Shown here: piece after piece, positions 19,374 through 28,229 of the stretch
Numbering within the stretch: position 1 is the first letter of the stretch
How the letters are laid out: each line of letters begins with the position of its first letter
Assembly (NCBI GenBank): GCA_051859425.1
Contig: JBHYFR010000001.1
Span: 1 to 52,230, forward strand
Length of the DNA stretch: 52,230 nt
Direction: 5' to 3'
Origin: Oceanicaulis sp.
Lineage (GTDB): Bacteria; Pseudomonadota; Alphaproteobacteria; Caulobacterales; Maricaulaceae
Translations under genes and position numbers: made by a program
The notes under the pieces: generated by a model
What the model was told of the DNA's origin: nothing
Seen by the model: the letters and a program-made list of their open reading frames with translations, nothing else
Databases searched by the model: none

Positions 19374-20027
19374 ATGGACTTTCTTGATTTCGCCCTGCTG
19401 ACCAGCGTGTTCGTCACCTTCTTCGTGGTGATCGACGTGCCGGGCGTGGCGCCGATTTTCGCCGGCCTCACCGACGGCACGAGCAAGGCGCACCGCGCCA
19501 GGATGGCGATCAAGTCGGTGGCCATCGCCACGGTGGTGCTGGTGGGCTTCGCCTATGGCGGCGAGTGGCTGCTGGGCGCGCTGCATATCAGCCTGGACGC
19601 TTTTCGTGCGGCGGGCGGCGTGCTTCTGTTCCTGATCGCGCTGGACATGATTTTCGAAAAGCGCACCAAGCGCCGCGAGGAGCGGGCCGAGAAGCTCGCC
19701 GAGGACGGGGGCGTGGCCGAGCAGCACGATGATATCTCGGTCTTCCCCATGGCGATCCCGATGATCGCGGGCCCCGGCGCCATCGCCTCGGTCATGCTGT
19801 TCATGTCCCAGGCCTCCGGCTCTGTGGGCGCGCAGGTGTCGGTACTGATCGGCCTGGGCGCCAATCTCCTGATCTGTCTGGCGGTGTTTTTGATGATCGG
19901 CCCGGTCATGAAGCTGATGGGCGAGACCATCGCAGCGATGATCACGCGCATCTTGGGCGTCATCCTGGCGGCGCTGGCGGCGCAGTTCATCTTTGACGGC
20001 GTGCGCGGGGCGCTGCTGACGGTTTAG
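19374..20027 (+). CDS. MarC family membrane protein
   Basis: FFVVIDVPG, AFRAAGGVLLF, FPMAIPMIAGPGAI, ITRILGVILAALA. Confidence 0.92.
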   Translation: MDFLDFALLTSVFVTFFVVIDVPGVAPIFAGLTDGTSKAHRARMAIKSVAIATVVLVGFAYGGEWLLGALHISLDAFRAAGGVLLFLIALDMIFEKRTKRREERAEKLAEDGGVAEQHDDISVFPMAIPMIAGPGAIASVMLFMSQASGSVGAQVSVLIGLGANLLICLAVFLMIGPVMKLMGETIAAMITRILGVILAALAAQFIFDGVRGALLTV

Positions 20028-20046
20028 GGTAAACGCTGCGTTTACC
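20028..20046. promoter_or_regulatory. Perfect 19-bp palindrome containing a CtrA-like box
   Basis: GGTAAACGC-T-GCGTTTACC; internal TAAA-N7-TTTA. Confidence 0.45.
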
Positions 20047-20115
20047 GTGTTTGGGAACCGGAAATTAGCCCATTTGCGCCATGATCCTGCCCATCACTGG
20101 CTGGAGCATGAGGTC

Positions 20116-20301
20116 ATGCTGAGCGTACGTTTCATCCTGTTGAGTGCTGCGGGACTGGCCGCGATATCCGGCCTGGCCGCCGGTGTTGTCTGTCTTCTGG
20201 ACGGGGCCTTCGCCCAGGCGGTGGCGTTTACCTGGCCGGGCCTGGCGGGCGGGGTCGCCTTCGCGCTGGCCGCCCCGGGCGGGTCGGGCGATACAGCCTA
20301 G
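20116..20301 (+). CDS. Small hydrophobic two-TM protein (61 aa)
   Basis: GAGG RBS before ATG 20116, two hydrophobic segments; stop overlaps the convergent gene stop. Confidence 0.5.
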   Translation: MLSVRFILLSAAGLAAISGLAAGVVCLLDGAFAQAVAFTWPGLAGGVAFALAAPGGSGDTA

Positions 20302-21026
20302 AAAGCCACACCCGGCGGATCGGTGTCGCGCAGGCGCGCGCGGCGGGTCTTGTGGTCGGGCATGATCTCATCAAGCAGCGCATAGAAGCGCCGCGAGTGG
20401 TTCATCTCCAAGAGGTGACACGCCTCGTGGGCGCACACATAGTCGATCAGCGCCTCGTCAAAGGCGATCAGGCGCGCATTCATCCGGATCGAACCGTCAG
20501 CCGAACAACTGCCCCAGCGCGAGGCCTGTTCACGCACGCGCACGCTGGGCCGCGGCGCATCAAGCGCCTGCGCATAGGCGGTCACCTTCGGGGTCATCAG
20601 CGCCAGCGCCTGCTCGCGCCGCCAGCGTGACAGCGCCCGGCGTATGGTCGCCGCGCGCAAGGCCGGGTCCAGCCGTTCATCCACCCGAACGTCCAGATGA
20701 TCGCCCTTATGGGCCAGCGTCGTGCGGGCGCGGTCATGGGGCGTGACGCGCAAGGTCAGCACCCCGCCCAGCCAGCCGATTGCCTCACCGTCCACGCCTT
20801 GCAGGGGCGCGGGCCTGACGCGCCGCGCCTGCTTGTCCAGCCGGTCCAGGATCCAGCCGGCCCGTTCGCGCACCGCCCGGTCGGCCTCGGCGGCGCTGGC
20901 GAAACGCGGCAGCACCACGCTGAGGCCGTCGGGACCAACCTTCAGACCGATCGTGCGCCGGCGCGCCGAGCGGTCGAGTGTGTAGGCCAGCTCGCGCTCG
21001 CCCAGGCGAATCGTGCGGGTGATCAT
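20298..21026 (-). CDS. YgjP/DUF45 (M48/SprT-like) metal-dependent hydrolase
   Basis: SRWGSCS, IDYVCAHEACHLLEMNHSRRFY (HExxH). Confidence 0.9.
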   Translation of the reverse strand: MITRTIRLGERELAYTLDRSARRRTIGLKVGPDGLSVVLPRFASAAEADRAVRERAGWILDRLDKQARRVRPAPLQGVDGEAIGWLGGVLTLRVTPHDRARTTLAHKGDHLDVRVDERLDPALRAATIRRALSRWRREQALALMTPKVTAYAQALDAPRPSVRVREQASRWGSCSADGSIRMNARLIAFDEALIDYVCAHEACHLLEMNHSRRFYALLDEIMPDHKTRRARLRDTDPPGVAF

Positions 21027-21097
21027 GGGACAGGGATAGCGCGCCCGCGTCCGCCGCGCAGCCGGCTCGCGCCAGTGTCAGGGCCAGTGAGGGCCAA

Positions 21098-22393
21098 TCA
21101 GGGCGCCTTGTGCACCGCGCCGCGCGCCATCACGAAGCCGACCTGCCACACCGCCGAGATATCCTCCAGCGGATCGGCGTCCAGCGCGATGATGTCAGCG
21201 GCCAGGCCCGGCGCGATGCGTCCGGTCTCCGTCTCCAGCCCCAGATGGCGCGCCGCGGTGACCGTGGCCGAGCGCAGCGCCTCCATGGGGGTCAGGCCCG
21301 CCTCCACATAAAGTTCGAACTCGCGCGCATTGTCGCCATGGGCCGAGACGCCGGAATCGGTGCCGAACGCGATGGTCACCCCGCCCCGATGGGCCTGGCG
21401 CAGCATGTCCAGCATGCGCGGTCCCACCTCCAGCGCCTTGGCGCGCTGGAAGGGCGTCATCCAGCCGGCATCGGCCTGCAGCGTCACCCATTCCCCGGCC
21501 ATGACCGTGGGCACCAGCACGGCGTTATTGCGCCGGAACAGGCGGATGGATTCGGCGTCCAGGAACGTGCCGTGCTCGATGGAGTGACCGCCGGCGCGCA
21601 AAAAGGCGTTGATCCCGGTAACGCCATGGGCGTGAGCGGTGACGCGCCGGCCCATCATGCCGGCGGCTTCCACGATGGCGCGCAGCTCGTCTTCGAAGAA
21701 TTGCACTTCGACGCCCGCGCCGGTGGACGACAGGACCCCGCCCGTGGCGGTGATCTTGATCATGTCCGCGCCTTCCTGGACCAGCTGGCGCACGGCGCGC
21801 GCGCAATCATCCGCGCCATTGCAGGCGTAGGGGCTGCCATAGGCGCGCAGCACTTCCACGCTCCAGCCATTGATGTCGCCATGGCCGCCCGTGGGCGTCA
21901 CCGCGCCGCCGGAGATCCGCAGGCGCGGGCCGGGAACGAGCCCCTCGCGGATGGCCCGTTGCAGCGCGCGGATCGCTTCCATGTCCGCGCCCACGTCCTG
22001 CACGGTGGTGAAGCCCGCCATCAGGGTGCGGCGGGCGTACTCCGCGCCCTGCAGCGCCCGGTCGGCGCTGGAATCGGTGAAGGTGGCCAGACGCCGGTCC
22101 GGCCCCTGCTGGGAGGTGATGTGCACATGGGAATCGATGAAGCCCGGCAGCACCCAGCGGTCTGACAGATCAATGATGTCCGCGCCCTCGCGGGTGACGA
22201 ACCCGTCCTCCACCGCCGCGATGCGCCCGTTCTCCACGATGATGGAGGCGTTGGCGCGGGGGCGCTCGTCGCCGGGCGCCGCGATCAGCGTGCCGGCATG
22301 GATGATGGTGACGGGCGTGTCGGCCAGAGCGGGCGCGGCGGGCGCCAGCGTCAGGGCCAGCCCTGCGGCCAGCGCAGCGAGAACACGGATCAT
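21098..22393 (-). CDS. Secreted metal-dependent amidohydrolase (Xaa-Pro dipeptidase-like)
   Basis: Signal peptide; PGFIDSHVH, IKITATGG, AHAHG, SIEHG, FGTDSG. Confidence 0.9.
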   Translation of the reverse strand: MIRVLAALAAGLALTLAPAAPALADTPVTIIHAGTLIAAPGDERPRANASIIVENGRIAAVEDGFVTREGADIIDLSDRWVLPGFIDSHVHITSQQGPDRRLATFTDSSADRALQGAEYARRTLMAGFTTVQDVGADMEAIRALQRAIREGLVPGPRLRISGGAVTPTGGHGDINGWSVEVLRAYGSPYACNGADDCARAVRQLVQEGADMIKITATGGVLSSTGAGVEVQFFEDELRAIVEAAGMMGRRVTAHAHGVTGINAFLRAGGHSIEHGTFLDAESIRLFRRNNAVLVPTVMAGEWVTLQADAGWMTPFQRAKALEVGPRMLDMLRQAHRGGVTIAFGTDSGVSAHGDNAREFELYVEAGLTPMEALRSATVTAARHLGLETETGRIAPGLAADIIALDADPLEDISAVWQVGFVMARGAVHKAP

Positions 22394-22462
22394 GCAACCC
22401 TCCCAAGCGTTTGGTCTTTGAGCGCAGTGTCGCGCCCGCCCGGGCCGGGTGTCAAATCACGC

Positions 22463-23374
22463 CTATCTCAAAAACGGCAAGAGGCTGGACTGGTTGAGGA
22501 TGGAGAAGGTGGCCGCCGAGACCTCCACCGCGGTCTGGGCCTGGGTCAGGCGGGTGGCGGCCTGGGCCATGTCGGCGTCTTCCAGATCGGCCAGCATGCG
22601 GGTGAGATAGTCGGCGCGCGCCTCGTGGCCGCGTATCGACGCCTCCACCCGCGCCTGCCGGGCGCCGTTCTCGCCCATGGCCTCGTTCACCTGTTCAAAG
22701 GCGGCGATGACATTGGCGATTTCGGTCTGGATGAAGGCTTGCTGGCTGGCGCTCATGGGGCCATCGAACGGCCCGTCCGGCCCGTCATTGAAGTCGGCCA
22801 GGCGCCGGAACACGCCCATCAGATCGCCAGCCACTTCAGACGCGGTGCGGTTGATGTCCACGCCCAGATTGTCGTCGATCTGGGCGCTCTGGCGGCGCGA
22901 TGCGTTGTCGAACGCGTCCAAGGGATCGGCCATGGCCTGGAGCTGGCCGATGGTGGAAATGGTCATCGGCTGGGCGTCGGTGCGCACCCCGGCGAAGACA
23001 TGGGAGCCGTTAAAGCGCGTGTTCAGGGCGATGACGGCCCGGTCAAAGGCCTCCTGGACCTTGTTCATCAGGAAGGTGCCGTCCGACGTGGTCAGCGTCT
23101 CGCGCAGCTCCGACACCGCATCCGACAGCTCGCGATAGGCCAGATCTTGGACGTCCAACCGGTTGGCCAGGCGCGTGTTGGCGCTGACATAATGATCCAC
23201 GCGCACGCTGGCGGCGCGCGCCGATATGATCGCTTCGGCGCTGTTGCCATAACCCTTGAGATCCGGCGCCCTGCGCCCGGTGGAGAGCTGCTCGCGCGCG
23301 TCGAAAGCCTCGCGCTGGGCGCGCATGAGGTCCATCAGCGCGGACTGGGAGGCGGCCTGGGTTGAAATGCGCAT
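22463..23374 (-). CDS. flgL: Flagellar hook-filament junction protein FlgL
   Basis: MRIST start, flagellin-like termini (QLSTGRR; LEDADMAQAATRL...SLLPFLR), downstream of flgK. Confidence 0.88.
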   Translation of the reverse strand: MRISTQAASQSALMDLMRAQREAFDAREQLSTGRRAPDLKGYGNSAEAIISARAASVRVDHYVSANTRLANRLDVQDLAYRELSDAVSELRETLTTSDGTFLMNKVQEAFDRAVIALNTRFNGSHVFAGVRTDAQPMTISTIGQLQAMADPLDAFDNASRRQSAQIDDNLGVDINRTASEVAGDLMGVFRRLADFNDGPDGPFDGPMSASQQAFIQTEIANVIAAFEQVNEAMGENGARQARVEASIRGHEARADYLTRMLADLEDADMAQAATRLTQAQTAVEVSAATFSILNQSSLLPFLR

Positions 23375-23385
23375 CGCGGTGTCCT

Positions 23386-25512
23386 CTAGACCATGTTCAG
23401 AAGCGTGTCGGACATTTCCTTGGACGCCTGCATCAGGCGCGCTGCGGCGTTATAGGCCTGCTGGTAGAGCGTCATGCGGGCGAGTTCCTCGTCCAGATTG
23501 ACGCCCTCCACATCGGACCGCTTGGCGTTCGCCGCCTGCTTGACCGAATTGGCTGCCGTCTCGTTGCGCTCGGCGCGAGCGGCGCGGGCGCCGATATCGC
23601 CCGCCAGGCGCGAGGCATACTCCACCGGGCTCGCCATGCCGCCCACCAGTCCGCCCGCGCCGGCATAGCGGCGTTTCTCGGTGAGGGCGTTGAACAGGGA
23701 CTGGCCGCCCCGGCTGTCGCCCTGGCTGAGCACCAGATCGCCCGGCGCGGTGGCGCCGTTCAAATCCAGTTTGGCGAAAGCGAGCCGTGAGGAATCCGAG
23801 CGCACGGCCGGGTTCACCGAAAAGCTCTCGGCCCGGTTCATGCGCGCGGCGTCGCCCAGGCCGAACAGTTGGGAGAAGGACAAGCCGGTGGCGGCGCGCT
23901 GGGTGGAATCGCGCGTCAGGTCGATGGTGAAATTCTGATAGCCCGGCGCCGGCTGGAAGGTCACCCGGCCATCACCGTCCAGGCTGAACTGGCCATATTG
24001 GCCAAGGCCGGTCGCGGGGCTGTTGAGGGCGTTGATCTGGTCCTGCAGGCTGGCGCCGGTCACCGGGACGGTGATTTGCGCCGCGCGCCGCCCGTCAGGC
24101 GTCATGATCGAGAAGCCCAGCTCCCCGCCCGGCGCCAGGCCGTGGGCGCTGGCCGCCGTCAGCCCGGTTTCGAAAAAGCCGGGGCGCGGGGCGTTGACCA
24201 GATCATTCAGCCCGAAAAAATGCGACAGGCCGCGCCCGCCGATGGAGGCGGGGTCATCCGCATCCTGCAGGGCGGCCAGCCCGTTGGCCGGGTCTGCGGC
24301 GGTCAGTGTCAGGCGGCCATCAGTGAAGCTGGCGGTGGCGTTGCCGCCAAAGGCTGTGTTGAGCGCGGCGACCAGATCGCCGACGCTATTGGCGGGCGCG
24401 CCGTTGACGGTGAAGCCGGTGGCGGTCACCCCTACGGTCACGCGCTGCACCAGCGCGCCGTCACCGGTCACCACCGCCAGATCGGCCTGACCCGACCCGG
24501 TCACGATATCGCTGGCCAGCAGCCCGGTATTGCGCCCTTCAAGCCTGTTGGGCGGCGGGTAGGAGGCGGAATCGTTATGGGCCGCGTTGAGCGCATCGGC
24601 GGCGCCCGCCGCCATTTCGGCCAGCGCCCCGGCGATGGAGGGCAGCTCCACATCGCGCAGGTCCAGAAGCCCGCGCAATTCGCCCGACCGGATGGACGGC
24701 GTGATGTCGGCAATGGCGCCCGAGGTCGAGACCTGGGCGGTGATGCGGCCGTACTCCACACCATAGGCGCCGGTTCCGGCCGGCGTGTAATCCAGCGTCA
24801 GCCGGGCATTGTCGATCAGGCTGACCCCGTCCTGGGTGCGCACGAACAGCCGCCCGTCGGCCTGGCGCTCGCCGCGCACATCGATCAGCGTGGACAATTC
24901 GTCCATCAGCTCGGCCTGGCGGTTGAGCGTGCCGGTGACGTCCGAGGCGTTGGCCGTGAGGGTCTGGGCCTGGGAATTGAGCAGCTCCAGCTCGCGCAAG
25001 ATCTCGTTGGCCCGGTGCACGCCCGAGCCGATGCGCTGATCGGACTCATCGCGCATCACGCGAACCTCGGCCGACAGTCGCGACGCCTCGTCAAAGAAGC
25101 TCTGGATGTCCGACGCCGCGCTCAGACGCGAGACCCGGTCGGCGCTGTCTGCGGCGGCGGCCCCCAGCGAGGCCATGATCTGGTTCATGCGCCCGAACAG
25201 CGAGCCGGCGTCATCGGTGGCGCCGAACTGCGACTGGAGCCGGTCCAGCGCGGCGGCGATCGCCTTTGAGGCCGCCGCGTCGGACGAGGCGCGCATGGCC
25301 GCCCCGGTCAGATAGATGTCGGAGACCCGGCTGATGCCCTGGACCATCACGCCCGAGCCCATGCCTCCGGAGCTGCGCGAGGTCTGCACCAGCTCAGTGC
25401 GCGCATAGCCGGGCGTATTGACGTTGGAGACATTGTTCGAGGCGGTGCGCATGCCCAGCTGCGCGGCCTGCAGACCGCTGAGCGCGCTGCTCATGATCCC
25501 GTTGAGCGACAT
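23386..25512 (-). CDS. flgK: Flagellar hook-associated protein FlgK
   Basis: NNVSNVNTPGYAR; C-terminal GVNLDEELARMTLYQQAYNAAARL. Confidence 0.95.
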   Translation of the reverse strand: MSLNGIMSSALSGLQAAQLGMRTASNNVSNVNTPGYARTELVQTSRSSGGMGSGVMVQGISRVSDIYLTGAAMRASSDAAASKAIAAALDRLQSQFGATDDAGSLFGRMNQIMASLGAAAADSADRVSRLSAASDIQSFFDEASRLSAEVRVMRDESDQRIGSGVHRANEILRELELLNSQAQTLTANASDVTGTLNRQAELMDELSTLIDVRGERQADGRLFVRTQDGVSLIDNARLTLDYTPAGTGAYGVEYGRITAQVSTSGAIADITPSIRSGELRGLLDLRDVELPSIAGALAEMAAGAADALNAAHNDSASYPPPNRLEGRNTGLLASDIVTGSGQADLAVVTGDGALVQRVTVGVTATGFTVNGAPANSVGDLVAALNTAFGGNATASFTDGRLTLTAADPANGLAALQDADDPASIGGRGLSHFFGLNDLVNAPRPGFFETGLTAASAHGLAPGGELGFSIMTPDGRRAAQITVPVTGASLQDQINALNSPATGLGQYGQFSLDGDGRVTFQPAPGYQNFTIDLTRDSTQRAATGLSFSQLFGLGDAARMNRAESFSVNPAVRSDSSRLAFAKLDLNGATAPGDLVLSQGDSRGGQSLFNALTEKRRYAGAGGLVGGMASPVEYASRLAGDIGARAARAERNETAANSVKQAANAKRSDVEGVNLDEELARMTLYQQAYNAAARLMQASKEMSDTLLNMV

Positions 25513-25542
25513 CAGCGGGCTCCTTCAGATTTGCCGTGAGAA

Positions 25543-25581
25543 GGGGCGGGTTTTGCCGGGTCAGGGGCAAGACCTGCCGGG
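25543..25581. promoter_or_regulatory. Pair of ftr-like FlbD binding sites downstream of the flgK promoter
   Basis: Minus strand CCCGGCAAAACCCGCCCC and CCCGGCAGGTCTTGCCCC, centres 21 bp apart; resemble the CGGCA-N5-TGCCG dyad. Confidence 0.6.
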
Positions 25582-25626
25582 TGCGCACGGCGCATGCGGC
25601 CATGCTCCGCAGCGGCGGATCCTATG

Positions 25627-25639
25627 TAACAGATTGTTT
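25627..25639 (-). promoter_or_regulatory. IHF-like site
   Basis: AAACAAtctgTTA vs WATCAA-N4-TTR (1 mismatch) in an AT-rich patch between the ftr pair and the flgK promoter. Confidence 0.5.
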
Positions 25640-25708
25640 TTTCTGCCCTATCTGTCATAATCCTGCTCGTGCTGGCGTCATGCGCACGCCGGTATGCCCG
25701 GATACAGC

Positions 25709-25723
25709 GCAAGGGCCGGGCCA
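25709..25723 (-). promoter_or_regulatory. Sigma54 promoter of flgK-flgL
   Basis: Minus strand TGGCCCGGCCCTTGC, GG-N10-GC. Confidence 0.7.
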
Positions 25724-25743
25724 AAGCCTCGGCCCGCCTCAGG

Positions 25744-25785
25744 GCGGCAGGAATCGCCCCGGTGAACCCGTCAGATTCTGCCGGG
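25744..25785. promoter_or_regulatory. ftr-like FlbD binding sites upstream of the fliK promoter
   Basis: CGGCAGGAATCGCCC and the near-palindrome CCCGTCAGATTCTGCCGGG; both contain GANTC. Confidence 0.55.
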
Positions 25786-25816
25786 CGGCATCAGATGACC
25801 GGGGCGAGGTCTTCAC

Positions 25817-25829
25817 TAACAATATGATT
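25817..25829 (-). promoter_or_regulatory. IHF-like site
   Basis: AATCATattgTTA vs WATCAA-N4-TTR (1 mismatch) between the ftr sites and the fliK promoter. Confidence 0.5.
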
Positions 25830-25857
25830 TTATTTGATTTTGTGCCCGAGGTCCGGG

Positions 25858-25873
25858 TGGCGCGCCGCTTGCT
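25858..25873 (+). promoter_or_regulatory. Sigma54 promoter of fliK-flgD-flgE
   Basis: TGGCGCGCCGCTTGCT, GG-N10-GC. Confidence 0.72.
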
Positions 25874-25965
25874 TGTGGCGTCTTGTCTGCCTGCGCCCAA
25901 AGTGCGCGGGCTCATCAGATCGCGGCAAAAGGCGGCGCTTCCCGTGAATATCAGGGCTTGTCACC

Positions 25966-27435
25966 ATGCCGCTTGCGGCCACCATGATTGCAGGTCTGAC
26001 GCCGGGCCCTGCTGCGCCCCGTGGCGACGCCGCTGCGCCTGAGCGCTCGGCCGCAGCTTCAGCCTTCGACGCGCTGCTGGGCGATCCTGTGGCGCCCATG
26101 GAAGGTGCAGCGGTGGCCGCTCCGGGGCGGGCAGCCTGGACGGACGAGGAGCCGCCGGCCGCACCGGCGCAGATCGATACCGGTCTGCCCGCCGAGGCGC
26201 CTGAGAACCTGGGCATGACCGGCGCCCGCCCGGTTCAGTCGGCCATTGCTACAGGTCAGGTTGCCCAGATTGAGACTGATTGCGCGCCCTCTCTTCGCAA
26301 TCCGGGGGCGCCTGCCCGTGCGGAGGGCCTCAACACGCCTGACAGCGCTGACGCAGATGCCAAAGATGCGGTTCAAACGCCTGCCGAGGCGCCTCAAACG
26401 ATCGCGATGCCGGCCGCAGGCAAGGCTGCCACGGATAGTGCGGATGGCGCAGGCGCGCCCGGACAGGCCGATGCGCCGGCCAAGCCGGCGTCTGTTAACG
26501 CAGCGGATAGCCCAGTTGCGCCTGCACCGGCGTCAGACCTGAAGCCGGGCGCTGATGGGCAGGCTGAGCCGGCTGCTGATGCGGAGATTGCGGTTCAAAC
26601 CAACGCGCCGGCGGCGCAGGCCCCGGCGCCGGACACACCTGGAAACGCCGCGCCGGTCCGCCGCGAGAGCGAAACGCGCCGAGCGGTGAAGGGTGCTGAT
26701 GAGGGCAAGCCGGGCGGCGAGGCGGCCAGGCCATCGCAACCGGGCGCCAAGGCTCAGGCGTCGGCCGAGCCGGCTGCCCCGGCGCAGATGAAAGCCGGCA
26801 CGCCTGACATGCCCGCAGCGCAGCGTAGCGCCGACGCGTTCCAGGCGCTCCTTCAAGCCCAGACCCGTCCTGGCGCGGAGACAGGGGCCCCTCGCGCGCC
26901 TGACCTGCCGCTCGATCCCTCCGGCGATACCGGCCTGCGCGGCGCGCCTGACCGCGCCGCCGAGATTCTGCGCACGCCTTCTGTGACGCAGACCGGCGCG
27001 CCGCCGCGTTTTGCGCCCCAGACCGTCCAGACCCTGGCCGCCCAGATCGTGCGCCGTCAGGGCGAGGGCGGGCGCGTGTTCGACATTCGCCTTGATCCGC
27101 CCGAGCTCGGCCGGGTCGGCGTGCGCCTGGAAATGGGCAAGGACCAGCTGGTCAAGGCCATGCTCAGCGCCGAGCGCCCTGACACGCTGCAGGAGCTCCA
27201 GCGTACAGCGCGGGACCTGGAGCGGGCGCTGGCCGAGGCCGGGCTGACCCTGGCCGAGAACGGGCTGTCCTTTTCGCTGGGGGGCGAACGCGGCGAGCGT
27301 GATACGCCCGGGTTCGAGACGCCGGGCGGTACGCGCAGCGTCGTGGACATTGATGTGGCCCGGCCCGGCGCGCCGGTGACCGCGCTTTACGGATTCGCCC
27401 TGGCCCGCGCCGCGGGCCTGGACATTCAGGCATGA
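25966..27435 (+). CDS. fliK: Flagellar hook-length control protein FliK
   Basis: Long Ala/Pro-rich disordered region, then FDIRLDPPELGRVGVRL...LERALAEAGL; precedes flgD; start uncertain. Confidence 0.87.
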   Translation: MPLAATMIAGLTPGPAAPRGDAAAPERSAAASAFDALLGDPVAPMEGAAVAAPGRAAWTDEEPPAAPAQIDTGLPAEAPENLGMTGARPVQSAIATGQVAQIETDCAPSLRNPGAPARAEGLNTPDSADADAKDAVQTPAEAPQTIAMPAAGKAATDSADGAGAPGQADAPAKPASVNAADSPVAPAPASDLKPGADGQAEPAADAEIAVQTNAPAAQAPAPDTPGNAAPVRRESETRRAVKGADEGKPGGEAARPSQPGAKAQASAEPAAPAQMKAGTPDMPAAQRSADAFQALLQAQTRPGAETGAPRAPDLPLDPSGDTGLRGAPDRAAEILRTPSVTQTGAPPRFAPQTVQTLAAQIVRRQGEGGRVFDIRLDPPELGRVGVRLEMGKDQLVKAMLSAERPDTLQELQRTARDLERALAEAGLTLAENGLSFSLGGERGERDTPGFETPGGTRSVVDIDVARPGAPVTALYGFALARAAGLDIQA

Positions 27436-27456
27436 CAAATATGAGGACGATCCGCC

Positions 27457-28137
27457 ATGGCGCTTGATCTCAACCCGATCGGTCAGATTCTGCCCGGCGC
27501 GGGGCGCACCAATGACACCGGCCTGGCCGCTGGCAATCTGGCGGACAATTTCGACACCTTCCTGCGCCTGCTGACCCAGCAGCTGCAGAACCAGGACCCG
27601 CTCAACCCAATGGATTCACAGGAATTCGTCACGCAGCTGGTGCAGTTCTCCTCGGTGGAGCAGCAGATTGCCCAGACCCGCTCGCTCGATGCGCTGCTGG
27701 CCATGCAAAGCGCCAGCGCGGTGATGTCGGCGTCCGGCTATGTTGGCCGGGAGGTGACGCTGGCGACCAATACGGCGGAGCTGGCGGGCGGCGAGGCGCG
27801 CTGGAGCTACAATCTGGACCGCAACGCGCAAGGCACGGATCTGGTGGTCAGTGATCGCAATGGCCGCGTCGTTGCGACCCTCCCGGGCGCGACCGGATCA
27901 GGCAGCCATGATTTTGCGTGGAACGGCAGGGATATGGCCGGAAACACATTACCGGCGGGCCTGTACACGCTGGAAGTCGTGGCGCGTGACGCCCAGGGCG
28001 AACGCATTGCAGCGCCGGTGCGCGTGTCCGGCCGGGTCACCGGCGTGGACATGTCCGGCCCCGAGGTGCGTGTGGAGCTGGGCGCGGTGAGCGCGCCGTT
28101 CGCCAATGTAATCGCCGTGCGTGAAGCGCGGGCCTGA
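27457..28137 (+). CDS. flgD: Flagellar hook capping protein FlgD
   Basis: FLRLLTQQLQNQDPLNPMDSQEFVTQLVQFS; FAWNGRD. Confidence 0.95.
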   Translation: MALDLNPIGQILPGAGRTNDTGLAAGNLADNFDTFLRLLTQQLQNQDPLNPMDSQEFVTQLVQFSSVEQQIAQTRSLDALLAMQSASAVMSASGYVGREVTLATNTAELAGGEARWSYNLDRNAQGTDLVVSDRNGRVVATLPGATGSGSHDFAWNGRDMAGNTLPAGLYTLEVVARDAQGERIAAPVRVSGRVTGVDMSGPEVRVELGAVSAPFANVIAVREARA

Positions 28138-28229
28138 TTGAAACCCGGGCGCGCGAAAGCGCCCTGACAAAACACTTGGAGCCGGGGCAAAAGCCCTCGC
28201 ATCCGGGCAGGACGTGGGAGACTGAAGTC

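Noticed and set aside
25966-27000. Low-complexity region with atypical codon usage, possible insertion or foreign DNA
   Set aside because: Normal fast-evolving disordered ruler region of FliK
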